Assembly: GCA_963763325.1 (NCBI GenBank)
Contig: CAVXOL010000024.1
Location: 66,984 to 130,983, forward strand
Direction of reading: 5' to 3'
Origin: an uncultured Chloroflexia bacterium
GTDB lineage: Bacteria > Chloroflexota > Chloroflexia > Thermomicrobiales > CFX8
Length of the DNA stretch: 64,000 nucleotides
Numbering within the stretch: the first letter of the stretch is position 1; each line of letters opens with the position of its first letter. Position numbers and translations under genes: made by a program. The notes under the pieces are model-generated. The model saw nothing but the letters and a program-made list of their open reading frames with translations. It did not search any database and had not been told where the DNA came from. Positions 1 to 9,319 of this stretch are shown one piece after another.

Positions 1-113
1 TTCCCCCTGTACGATCACATTGTATCTGCATTTCTCGAATTCCGTCAATCGTTTCGAGCATATTTACCCGTATTCGTACGCGGCGTACAACCAGTAGTGG
101 TGGCGATCGGGGA

Positions 114-135
114 TTGACACTAGAGGTGCTATACT
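114..135 (+). promoter_or_regulatory. Candidate promoter with extended -10 (TGCTATACT) upstream of the first ABC exporter gene
   Basis: TGnTATACT at 127-135. TTGACA at 114-119 is too close to act as its -35. The hexamer ends 6 nt before the ATG at 142, so either the mRNA is leaderless or the true start is the in-frame GTG at 181, which is preceded by GGGGGG at 169-174. Confidence 0.3.
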
Positions 136-141
136 GATCGG

Positions 142-1932
142 ATGCGCCGGGTTTGGCCAAACCCGGCTGGGGGGCGTTTCGTGCGTATCATCTGGCGAAT
201 CATCGGCTATCTCCGTCCGTATCGCGTCGCGCTCGTCGTCGCGTATGTCAGTCTGTTCATCGCGGTCAGCGCGCAACTGACCGTTCCGTTGCTGGTTGGC
301 TGGGTCATCGACGAAGGGATTGCGGGCGACGACCAGGATCTGATCTTGACCGGAGCGATTCTCATCGTTGGTGTCGTCGCGATCCAGTCGATCTTCACGT
401 ACATCCGAACGTATCTGTTTCAAGCACTCGCCGAACGCGTCGCGACTGACGTGCGCCGGCAACTGTACGAGCACATGCTGACGCTGTCGTTCTCGTTCTT
501 TGACACGTCACAGTCCGGCCAGTTGATGTCGAGAGCGACAGAAGACGTCAACGCGATCCGCCGCTTCATGATGTTCTCGTTGCGGATGGCAATCTACAGT
601 GTCTCGATTCTGCTGGTCGTCAGCGTCGTCCTGCTCCGTACGCATCTCGCGCTGGCGTTAATCTCGCTCGCCGTCATGCCGGTCCTGGTCTGGACCTCGA
701 TTTACTTTTCTTCCCATGTCCGACCGATGTTCTCGCGCATTCAACAGCAGTTTGGTGAGATGTCGAGCGTCATGCAGGAGAACCTGGCTGGTACGCGGGT
801 CGTGCGCGTCTTCGCGCGCGAGGAAGATGAAACGACTAAGTTCGATTCATCGCTCCGCTCACTCATGATGAAGCAGATGGACGCAATTCGGTACTACTCG
901 TTCTTCTTCCCACTCATGCACTTCATCTCGGGTATCTCATTGCTGGCGGTCCTCTGGTATGGCGGCCGGCAGGTGCTCAACGGTTCGATCTCGGTTGGAA
1001 CGCTCGTCACGTTCAACATTTACCTGACCTTGCTGGCGAATCCGATCCGGCAACTGGGCTGGATCATGAACTCGGTCGCGAGGGCCATTGCCTCGGGCGA
1101 GCGTATCTTCGAGATCACCGACAGCCGTCCGATCATCCGCGATTCGCCAGGCGCGATCGAATTGACGGAACCGCGCGGTGAGATCCTGTTGGACGATGTC
1201 TCGTTCACTTATCCACACGCGCCACGTCCTGCTCTCAGAGATGTGAGCGTCGCGGCCAACCCCGGCGAGGTGATCGGGCTGATAGGATCGACTGGCAGTG
1301 GCAAGAGTTCGCTGACGGCGCTGGTCGCCCGGTTCTACGACGTGTCGTCGGGTCGGATCCTCTTCGACGGCGTCGACATCCGCGACCTCAAGCTGGCTTT
1401 CCTGCGTCGCAACGTCGGGTTCGTGATGCAGGAGACATTCCTGTTCTCGTCAACGATCAGCGACAACATCGCCTTCGGCAATCCAGATGCTTCAATCGAG
1501 CAGATTGAACGGGCAGCACGCATCGCCCGTGCGCATGACTTCATCATGGCAATGCCCGATGGCTACCATACGAAGCTCGGCGAACGCGGCATTTCGCTCT
1601 CAGGTGGGCAACGGCAACGCGTCGCAATTGCACGAGCGATCTGTAGTGACCCGCGGATTCTGATCCTCGACGACGCGACATCCAGCGTCGATACCGAGAC
1701 CGAGTGGGAGATCCAGCAAGCGCTCAAGGACGCAATGGAAGGGCGGACGACGTTCGTCATCGCCCAGCGTGTTTCGACGTTGAAAGATGCCGACGAGATT
1801 CTCGTCCTCGAAGACGGCGCTGTCGTTGAGCGTGGGACGCACCTGACGTTGATCGAGCAAGCTGGCGTCTATGCGCGCCTCTACGAACTGCAACTCAAGA
1901 ACCAGGAGGAGCTCGCGCAGGCGGCTGATTAG
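142..1932 (+). CDS. ABC transporter permease/ATP-binding protein (type I exporter half-transporter, partner 1)
   Basis: 596-aa ORF with an N-terminal multi-TM domain followed by an NBD. Motifs: Walker A GSTGSGKSS, signature LSGGQRQRV, Walker B ILILDDATSSVD. The start may be GTG at 181. Confidence 0.9.
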   Translation: MRRVWPNPAGGRFVRIIWRIIGYLRPYRVALVVAYVSLFIAVSAQLTVPLLVGWVIDEGIAGDDQDLILTGAILIVGVVAIQSIFTYIRTYLFQALAERVATDVRRQLYEHMLTLSFSFFDTSQSGQLMSRATEDVNAIRRFMMFSLRMAIYSVSILLVVSVVLLRTHLALALISLAVMPVLVWTSIYFSSHVRPMFSRIQQQFGEMSSVMQENLAGTRVVRVFAREEDETTKFDSSLRSLMMKQMDAIRYYSFFFPLMHFISGISLLAVLWYGGRQVLNGSISVGTLVTFNIYLTLLANPIRQLGWIMNSVARAIASGERIFEITDSRPIIRDSPGAIELTEPRGEILLDDVSFTYPHAPRPALRDVSVAANPGEVIGLIGSTGSGKSSLTALVARFYDVSSGRILFDGVDIRDLKLAFLRRNVGFVMQETFLFSSTISDNIAFGNPDASIEQIERAARIARAHDFIMAMPDGYHTKLGERGISLSGGQRQRVAIARAICSDPRILILDDATSSVDTETEWEIQQALKDAMEGRTTFVIAQRVSTLKDADEILVLEDGAVVERGTHLTLIEQAGVYARLYELQLKNQEELAQAAD

Positions 1933-1946
1933 CCCCACGGCGAAGA

Positions 1947-3764
1947 ATGATGCGGACTGCTGCCGACCCGGACGATCTGTTAGGAAAGGCCTACGACAGC
2001 CGCGTGGCTGGTCGGCTGATCGGCCATGTCCGCCCGTACCGCAAAGAAGCCTGGTTCGCGCTCTTCCTGATCGTCGCAACGACTGCGCTTGACCTCGCCG
2101 TCCCGTTCCTGTTCGGACGAGCAGTCGACATCGTGAATCGCGAAGACGGCGTCACGTACCTCGGACAGACCGGCACCAGTGCGCTCGACCTGATCGCGCT
2201 CTCATTCCTTGCCGTCATCGCCGTCCGCTTCGTCGGTCGCAACCGTGAGCTGTACATCATGTCCCGGCTCGGACAGAAGATCGTCTACGATCTGCGCTCC
2301 TCGATGTTCCGCCATATCCAGAAGGTCGGCATCCGCTACATCGACAAACGTGGCGTCGGCTCGATCATGTCACGACTGCAGAACGATGTCTCGGTCATCG
2401 ACCAACTCTTCACCGACGGGCTGATCGAGATTCTCTCGCAGTTTGCGATCCTGATCGGGATCATCATCCTGATGTGGGTGACCAACGCGAAGCTCGCGTT
2501 GCTGGCGTTCGCCGTCTTGCCGATCATGATCGTCCTGATGGTCTTCTGGCGCCGCCGCGCGATCGTCACCTATCGTCAAACTCGCATCACCATTGCTCGC
2601 GTAAACGGCTTCCTGGCGGAGAATATCGCCGGTGTACGGGTAATTCAGTCGTTCACCCGCGAGCCGATCAACCAGAGCCAGTTCCGCTCGATCAACGACG
2701 ACAACCTTGATGCCAACCTGAGCGCTGCCCGGCTCTCTGCTCTGCTGTTTCCGTTCGTGACCTTCGTCGAAGCACTCGCGACGGCGCTGGTCCTGTTCGT
2801 CGGTGGTCGCATGGTGCTCGGCCCCGATGCGTTCACGATCGGCGAGCTGACCTTCTTCGTCCTCCTGATTGCGCGGTTCTACGAGCCGATCAACCACCTC
2901 TCGCAGGGCTACAACACGATGCAGGCCGCGATGGCCGCCGGTGAGCGTATCTTCGACATTCTCGACATCGACGTCGAGATCCAGGACAAGCCCAATGCGA
3001 GCGTGTTACCGCGAATCCAGGGCCGCGTCGAGTTCGATCATGTCCGCTTCGGCTACGACGACAAGGAGATTCTGCACGACGTCTCACTTGATGTTGCGCC
3101 CGGAGAGTCGATTGCGTTCGTCGGCGAGACGGGTGCCGGGAAGACCTCGATGATCAATCTGATCTCGCGCTTCTACGATGTCTGGGATGGCGCGATTCGG
3201 ATCGACGGTTACGACGTACGCGACGTAACGCAGCACTCACTGCGATCTCAGCTCGGCGTCGTCCTTCAGGACACGTTCCTGTTCGCCGGCACGATCCGGG
3301 AGAACATCCGTTTCGCGCGGCCCGACGCGACCGATGCCGAGATCATTGATGCAGCCAGAGGCAGTCGGCGCACACGACTTCATCATGAAGCTCTCCGGCG
3401 GATATGATGCCGAGGTACACGAACGCGGCGCGACGCTCTCGGTTGGCCAACGGCAGCTATTGTCGTTCGCCCGCGCGCTGATCGCCGACCCTCGCATCAT
3501 CATCCTCGATGAGGCGACCTCAAGCGTCGATACCGAGACCGAGATCGTGATTCAGGCGGCGCTCCGACGTCTGCTGGCAGGCAGAACGTCGTTCATCATC
3601 GCCCACCGCCTCTCGACCATCCGCGAGGAAGCCGCGTTGTCGTCATGGACCAGGGCCGGATCGTCGAGATCGGTACCCACGACGAACTGCTCGATCGTCG
3701 CGGCGTCTACTACAACCTCTACACGATGCAGTTCCGCGCCGAGACAGCCGCAGCCGCGGACTGA
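1947..3764 (+). CDS. ABC transporter permease/ATP-binding protein (partner 2), readable only with two frame changes (about 3355 and about 3630)
   Basis: Assembled from ORF 1947..3407, ORF 3334..3894 and a third frame that ends at TGA 3762-3764. Motifs: Walker [31 protein letters not shown]. The tail ...[30 protein letters not shown] appears only after shifting frame. Confidence 0.8.
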
Positions 3765-3890
3765 CGCGGAACACAATAAGGCAGAAGCGCCAGATTCAGG
3801 TCCGTGGTCACGGTTTGGTCACAACCATCGACGCGTCAATCGCACCGAAAAGGGATTAGAGAGATGTCAACACCTATCACTGACAACAGC

Positions 3891-4770
3891 CTAGAGGGTG
3901 TTATGCACTTCCGGCGAGCAGCAGTTTCGTGACCCGACCGAGCATCAGGACGGAGAAGGCGACCAAGTGGAGCCCCTTCACGGTCTCCTCCAGTCGCTCA
4001 TAATCCTTGGCCAGCCGCCGAAAGCGGGTGAGCCAGGCAAACGAGCGTTCAACCACCCAGCGGCGTGGCAACAGCACGAAACCCTGGCGTGCTTCGGGCA
4101 GCTTGACCACCTCCAGGCGAATCCCCCAGCCCTCGGCATCCAGTGCAGCCTCCGTGCCCGTATAGCCTTGATCGACGTAGGCCAGCTCAACCGTGTCGCC
4201 GGTCGCGTCCTGCACCGCTGCCGCCAGTTCCTCGACCTGCGCGCGATCCCCCGCGTCGGCCGGGGTGACGACCAGTGCCAGGAACTCACCCAGCGTATCG
4301 ACCGCCAGATGCAGCTTCGTACCCTTCTTGCGCTTGTGACCATCGTAGCCGCCTCGGTCACGATTCTCGACCGATCCCGACAGCGTCCGGCTGTCGAAGA
4401 TGGCGGCGGTTGGCTCGACCGTTTTCCCTTCCCCAAGCCGAATCAGGGCACGCAGATCGGCCACGATCGCCTCGAAACAGCCGGCACGGAACCAGCGCTG
4501 GCTCTGCTGGTAGACCGTGTGGTACGGCGGCAGGTCATGCGGCATGTAGCGCCACGGAGATCCCGTCCGCACGATCCAGCGCAGGCCGTTGAGCACTTCA
4601 CGCAGGTCGTGGTCGCGTTGTGGCGCATCGGGCTTCATCAACGTCAAGTAGGGAGCGACGAAGTCCCATTCCTCGTCGCTGATGTCACTCGGGTAACGGT
4701 TCCGTGATGCTGTCGTATCCATGCCAGAAGCGTATCGACGAATGGCACAGAGTTTCATAACACCCTTTAG
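3891..4770. mobile_element. IS5-family insertion sequence (about 880 bp) with imperfect terminal inverted repeats
   Basis: Left end CTAGAGGGTGTTATG (3891-3905) matches the reverse complement of the right end CATAACACCCTTTAG (4756-4770). TA/TAG is present at both junctions, consistent with a 2-3 bp target duplication. It contains a single transposase ORF. Confidence 0.8.
3901..4758 (-). CDS. IS5-family DDE transposase
   Basis: 285-aa uninterrupted ORF. The N-terminal RYPSDISDEEWDFVAPYL and the C-terminal VVERSFAWLTRFRRLAKDYE segments are typical of IS5/DDE_Tnp_1 transposases. The first ATG lies inside the terminal repeat; an alternative start is M13 at 4722. Confidence 0.85.
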   Translation of the reverse strand: MKLCAIRRYASGMDTTASRNRYPSDISDEEWDFVAPYLTLMKPDAPQRDHDLREVLNGLRWIVRTGSPWRYMPHDLPPYHTVYQQSQRWFRAGCFEAIVADLRALIRLGEGKTVEPTAAIFDSRTLSGSVENRDRGGYDGHKRKKGTKLHLAVDTLGEFLALVVTPADAGDRAQVEELAAAVQDATGDTVELAYVDQGYTGTEAALDAEGWGIRLEVVKLPEARQGFVLLPRRWVVERSFAWLTRFRRLAKDYERLEETVKGLHLVAFSVLMLGRVTKLLLAGSA

Positions 4771-4820
4771 TACAGCGATTTTTCAACGCCGCCGAATACT
4801 TAGCGTCCTCAGACGCCGGC

Positions 4821-5039
4821 TTGGTTGAGCGGCTGAAGTATGTGAACGCGTACGAAATCGGGATCGTTCTGGCAGATCACATCCAGCCGTTTCCTGCGGA
4901 TATGGTTGATCAACCGAACGAGATTAGAGATGCACTTGACCGAGTTGACACCCTAAGCGTCGATGAAGCGGCTCATGTAGCGAAGGCGATTGGCAGGCTT
5001 GCGTTCGACGCATGGAGGCGGTCGCCCTATCATCCGTAG
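4821..5039 (+). CDS. Hypothetical small protein (72 aa, TTG start) in an AT-richer spacer
   Basis: ORF only; I recognise no family. Confidence 0.25.
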   Translation: MVERLKYVNAYEIGIVLADHIQPFPADMVDQPNEIRDALDRVDTLSVDEAAHVAKAIGRLAFDAWRRSPYHP

Positions 5040-5126
5040 AGAGGCTAGCGCGGCGCTATCCTCAACCAGACGATTCAGGACCATCGGGACAGGACGTACG
5101 TACCGCGCCGTGTTATCCTAAAGATG

Positions 5127-5211
5127 TCCCCACGGCGGGACTCGAACCCGCAAAACCTGTCGGGGAACCCGGTTGGCAACCGGGCGCGTTTGCCAGTTTC
5201 GCCACGTGGGG
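5127..5211 (-). tRNA. Class II (long variable arm) tRNA with anticodon GCC; the body resembles tRNA-Leu and may be a pseudogene
   Basis: Minus-strand cloverleaf: acceptor CCCCACG/CGTGGGG; TG; D arm GCG-AAACTGGCAAA-CGC; anticodon stem CCCGG/CCGGG with loop TTGCCAA; 16-nt variable region TTCCCCGACAGGTTTT; T arm GCGGG-TTCGAGT-CCCGC; discriminator A; no encoded CCA. Confidence 0.6.
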
Positions 5212-5220
5212 ATAGCGGGA

Positions 5221-5260
5221 TAGCTCCGGGGACGGTTCCTAGGCCAGACCCCCGGAGCTA
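5221..5260. terminator. 11-bp perfect stem-loop overlapping the stop codon of the 5258..5930 gene, 9 nt from the tRNA 5' end
   Basis: TAGCTCCGGGG (5221-5231) pairs with CCCCGGAGCTA (5250-5260) across an 18-nt loop. TTCGTTTTCT follows on the plus strand. Confidence 0.4.
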
Positions 5261-5930
5261 TTCGTTTTCTGTCATCAACTCCAGTTCGTCATCGGCGTCC
5301 TCCTCACGGAGCGCGCTATCGTCGTGCCATCGCTCCGACTCATAACCGTTGATCCGCGCAATCAGGTCTCGCAAGAAATCCATGTCGCGCTGATCCAAGT
5401 CGAACAGGTTGACGTCGTAGTCAACCGTCAGTGTTCCACCGCTCCGTAGTTCCACTGTCTTCGACGTCGCGCTTCCCGTGCCGTTCCGAGTTGGAACGGT
5501 CGAGTTCAGGGGTTTCATTGATTGCTTGAGTCGCCTGTGGGGCAGGGCGGGAACGTCGCACGGGAGCACGCCCGTTCGGCTTGGCCACGGTTCTTGGTGC
5601 CTTGGTCTTGTTGGTGATGAACGTCGAGAGGGGGATGCCCGCAAACTGCGTGGCATGCAGAAAGAACGTGATTGCCTTTCGGCGAGTGTCACCTTCGACT
5701 TTGTAGAGTCTCCCAAACGCCTGTTCCAGTTGTCCGAGAGTTGCACGAGTGACGTCGATCTCGTTGAACAACGGCTCATACTTCGCCTGGATTACCTCGC
5801 TCAAGACCTCCTTCCGCTCACTCGTCTTGACGAGGCGGACGAGCGTCGGCGTCGGCTCATCACCAGGGTCAGTTATGAGGTTGAGGAAGCGCATCGCCGT
5901 CATGATCTGGCTTCCAAGTCCTCCAGCCAT
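5258..5930 (-). pseudogene. Hypothetical protein split by one frame change (about 5485); weak resemblance to DUF5343-type proteins
   Basis: ORF 5421..5930 (MAGGLGSQIMTAMRFLNLITDPGDEPTPTLV...) continues into ORF 5258..5779 (...VELRSGGTLTVDYDVNLFDLDQRDMDFLRDLIARINGYE...) only after a frame shift. The family assignment is from memory and uncertain. Confidence 0.4.
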
Positions 5931-6197
5931 GAAGGTCCCCCAGTAGGTCCGGTCGATGTTCGTTGTGGTAGTCCGTCTGCCTCCAGTCGATCAAGTAGAT
6001 TCGTGAAGCTGCTAAACAGATACGTAGGGCGGCACTGCCGTCCGCGCGGTATCCTGTGCCATCATATCCTGCCAGTCGTTCCATGTCCGTACGTATTTGT
6101 GCCAGATGCCGGCTTGCGCAACAAACGGAATATACCACGGGCGGCGACACGGAGTCAACTCGCCATGGTATAGCGCATATTGGTGAACTGGTTGTCA

Positions 6198-6960
6198 TCA
6201 AAGATGGTTCGCGGTAATCGGATCGAAACTGTTACCCGGTTGAGGGCTGGTGGGCGAGACGTGGGGTGTAGACGACGTCAAGAATCGTTGCCGCCTCTTG
6301 TTCCATGTCCGCGTAAACATGGGCGTATACCTTTAACGTTACCGTTGGATTCCCATGTCCAAGCATCCGTCCGACGGTCGTGTATGGGTACCACGTTTCT
6401 GATGGCGAGTGAGGCGACCGTGTGCCGCAGCCCGTGGATCGTTACGTCTTCCGGCAGGTCAAGCTGGCGCTTGATGGTACGCCAGCGACGGCTCTAAACG
6501 AGGTTGGATTGGCATAGTGGCCGCCGGCGCCGTTGTCGATGATGGCTCCGGTGTCCGTCCATGCCACACCGATCCGGAGCCGACGCTCCAACTGGTCCTT
6601 CCGATGCCGGTGGAGGGCATCGGAGCAGACGAACGGGATGGTGATCGTGCGTCGGGAAGCATCCGTCTTGGCGTCGTCACCGATCACCCAAGACGATGTA
6701 CCGGCGCCGGTCATCGTGCGCTCGACTCGGTGCGACCGATAGTCCGTGTCGAGGTCGGACCACCGCAACTCCAGCACCTCATCGATCCGCAACCCACAGA
6801 CCACCATAAGCGCCCTCGCGGCGCGGTCGGGATCGTCAACCGTCCCGTCGATCAGCCGGCGGGCCTCGTCTTCGGAGAGGATCGCCTTCGCAACCGGCTG
6901 TCACTTTCGGTAGCCGGATACCCCGACATGGCGTCCGGGCGATCACCTCCTACATCAACG
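6198..6960 (-). pseudogene. Tyrosine recombinase / phage-type integrase remnant, N-terminally truncated with at least 3 frame changes
   Basis: The catalytic motifs lie in different frames. GLRIDEVLELRWSDLD is in ORF 6442..6807. HGLRH is at 6422-6436. LGHGNPTVTLKVYAHVY is at about 6313-6360. The stop is at 6198. The upstream ...RGIRLPKV/EDEARRLIDG pieces need further shifts, and no N-terminal SAM-like domain precedes the neighbouring gene at 6981. Confidence 0.75.
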
Positions 6961-6980
6961 TCTCGGGATTCGAGGCGAAG

Positions 6981-7763
6981 TCAAAGCCCAAACTGCATTT
7001 GTCTGGCTGGAAGCCGGGTGATCTCAGCTCGCTCGTAACGGGGGAGCGGTGCGATCGGAATGTCGTGTCCCATGAGGGCGAGAGCTTCTCTGACAGTTCC
7101 AACAGCGATATCCGGGTCATTGTTCTTGTCGGACAGGTGCGCCAGCCAGACCGTTTGCGTCCGTGACGACACAGCCCCAGCCAGCGCGGTCGCGCAGTCG
7201 TCGTTGCCGAGGTGACCGGCTGGCCCCTGGATACGCCGCTTCAAGTACGACGGGTACGGGCCGTTGATCAACATCTGGCGATCGTAGTTTGCCTCAAGCA
7301 CGATCACGTCGGCACTGCCAAGTGCGTCATAGACTTCCGCGCTGACGTGGCCGAGGTCGGTGAAGACCGCAACGCGCAGCCCGTCGTGTTCGGCGACAAA
7401 CCCGCAAGGCTCGGCAGCGTCGTGGGAGACACCGATGAACGACACCTCCAAGGCCGAGTCATTGAACCGCTCGCCCGACGAACGGCGATTGAGGCGCAAA
7501 CTCGTGCGCATCGCTCCGTGGGTGCCATGAGTGGTGATGAGCGGAATATCGAGCTTGCGTGTGATCGACGGAATCGACCGGACGTGGTCGCTGTGTTCGT
7601 GGCTGACGACGATGCCTGCCAGCCGTTCGGCCACACCATAATCGCGGATCGCGGACTGGCAGGCTCGTACCGCGATGCCGCAGTCAATCAGAAGCGCGAC
7701 GTCACCGGTGTCGAGCAGGAATCCATTCCCGCTGCTACCGGACCCGAGAGACACAACCCGCAT
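6981..7763 (-). CDS. MBL-fold metallo-hydrolase
   Basis: 260-aa ORF with the HEHSDH zinc motif (VVSHEHSDHV). Its start overlaps the yggS stop (TGATG). Confidence 0.85.
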   Translation of the reverse strand: MRVVSLGSGSSGNGFLLDTGDVALLIDCGIAVRACQSAIRDYGVAERLAGIVVSHEHSDHVRSIPSITRKLDIPLITTHGTHGAMRTSLRLNRRSSGERFNDSALEVSFIGVSHDAAEPCGFVAEHDGLRVAVFTDLGHVSAEVYDALGSADVIVLEANYDRQMLINGPYPSYLKRRIQGPAGHLGNDDCATALAGAVSSRTQTVWLAHLSDKNNDPDIAVGTVREALALMGHDIPIAPLPRYERAEITRLPARQMQFGL

Positions 7764-8481
7764 CAGCCGGCCGTCGACTCAGCAAAGATCGCTCGACCAA
7801 CCCTGACGATCGTGGCACCCTCTTCAATCGCGGCGACATAATCGTTGGTCATCCCCATCGAGAGGTCATCCAGCGTCGCGTCAGGGTAGCGCGATCGCAT
7901 CGCTTCAGCCAGTTCGCGCATTTCCGCGAACACCGGCCTCGCGTCTTCGGCGGCGGTGCCGAGTGGGGCCATTGTCATGAACCCACGCAACTCCAACGCT
8001 GTGCATGCCAGCGTCGCCTCGATCAGTCCCGGAAGATCCTCGACGAGACAGCCGTGCTTCTGTTCCTCGCGGGCGACGTTGACCTGAATCAGCACCGGCA
8101 GCCTCATGCCGGCCATCTGGCAGCGCCGGTCCAGCTCGGTTGCGAGTGCAACTCGATCGAGTGAGTGGACGACATGGAAATGGCCCGGAACGAAGCGCGC
8201 CTTGTTGGTCTGGAGCGTGCCGATCAGGTGCAGGACGAGATCGTCCGGCACCTCGTCCGCGAACGTTTCGAGCGCGTTCTGGACCCGATTTTCGCCGAAA
8301 TGCCGGAGACCAGCCGCGTACGCTTCGTCGACTTCAGCGCGCGTCACCGTCTTCGAGACTCCAACCAGCGTGACGCTGCCGGCAGTTCGACCCGCCGAGC
8401 GTCTCGGCGGCCGTCGATTCGCTCACGGACCGCCAGCAGCCGGTCCTGGAGCGTCATCAGCGGGGACGATGTCGTCGTCAT
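7763..8481 (-). CDS. yggS: YggS-family pyridoxal-phosphate homeostasis protein, N-terminal part out of frame (about 8385-8420)
   Basis: ORF 7763..8347 carries FGENRVQ. The upstream MTTTSSPLMTLQDRLLAVRERI... and SVTLVGVSKTV segments sit in other frames. Confidence 0.75.
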
Positions 8482-8508
8482 CGAAATGTCACGCTCCGTT
8501 CCGACTAT

Positions 8509-9319
8509 TCAGACAGCCGTCAGCTGAGCAACCATCAGATTGCGACCTGGAGTTGAGCCGATCTGCCGTGCAGCACGGTACGAAAAATACCGCTCGTGCT
8601 CGCAGCGGACGCAACGTGCGCTGCACTCGATCTGCTGGTCCGGAACACCCGCCTGGACCAGGACGAGCCGGTTCGCGGCCCAGAGGTCGAAATGATACCC
8701 GTTTGGGCGCTCGATGACGGCAGTCCCGAGACCGGTGATGTCTGACTCGTGCCACGCGCTGATGACATCATTGCCGACTTCATAGCAACACGGACCGATC
8801 GAGGGACCAATACCTGCCACGACATCATTCGGGTCCGTACCAAATGCCTCTGTCATCGTCCGCAACGTCTCAGCGGCAATTCGGCCAACTGTTCCGCGCC
8901 ATCCGGCGTGGGCGAGTCCTATAGCATGCCGTTGTGGGTCATACAGCAGGATCGGCACGCAATCAGCCACGATCGTTCCGAGCGCAACCGATGCGTCGTT
9001 CGTTACCATCGCGTCGGTTGCCGGGAATCCGTCAAAGGCCGGAAACAACCCGCGACCGCGGTCTGTGGCGTCAACGACCTGAACTGCGCGTGCCGTGCGT
9101 CTGGCGGCTGATCACCAGATCGGCCATCGAGAAGCCGGCGGACTCGACGAATGCTCGGCGATTGCGCTCGATGACGTCTTCGATAGTGTTCGGTCCATGT
9201 CCGACGTCGCCGTCTGCTTCAGCTCCGGCCAATCGGCCACTCATTGCGTGCCGAACTGGATGTCGGTCGAATGTGTCGAATCGGAAGGCGATCCGCGACT
9301 CTATCACAGGTTCACTCAT
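8509..9319 (-). CDS. pgeF: Peptidoglycan editing factor PgeF / YfiH (laccase-domain, DUF152) with one frame change near 9070-9090
   Basis: ORFs 9071..9319 and 8509..9048 together form one protein. Motifs: ADCVPILLYD and GLAHAGWRGT. Confidence 0.8.

Noticed and set aside
4940-4960. GTTGACACCCTAAG inside ORF 4821..5039 and GAAACACCCTCGC at 28388 resemble the IS terminal repeat core AACACCCT.
   Set aside because: Only 7-8 nt are shared, there is no second end and no transposase remnant. Chance similarity is the likely explanation.
5127-5212. 8/5 (tRNA-Sec-like) fold for the odd tRNA: T5212 can pair with A5127 to give an 8-bp acceptor stem next to the 5-bp T stem.
   Set aside because: A standard 7/5 reading with a TG linker and discriminator A73 fits a tRNA-Leu-like template exactly. 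The extra T:A pair is most simply coincidental, and the anticodon is not TCA.
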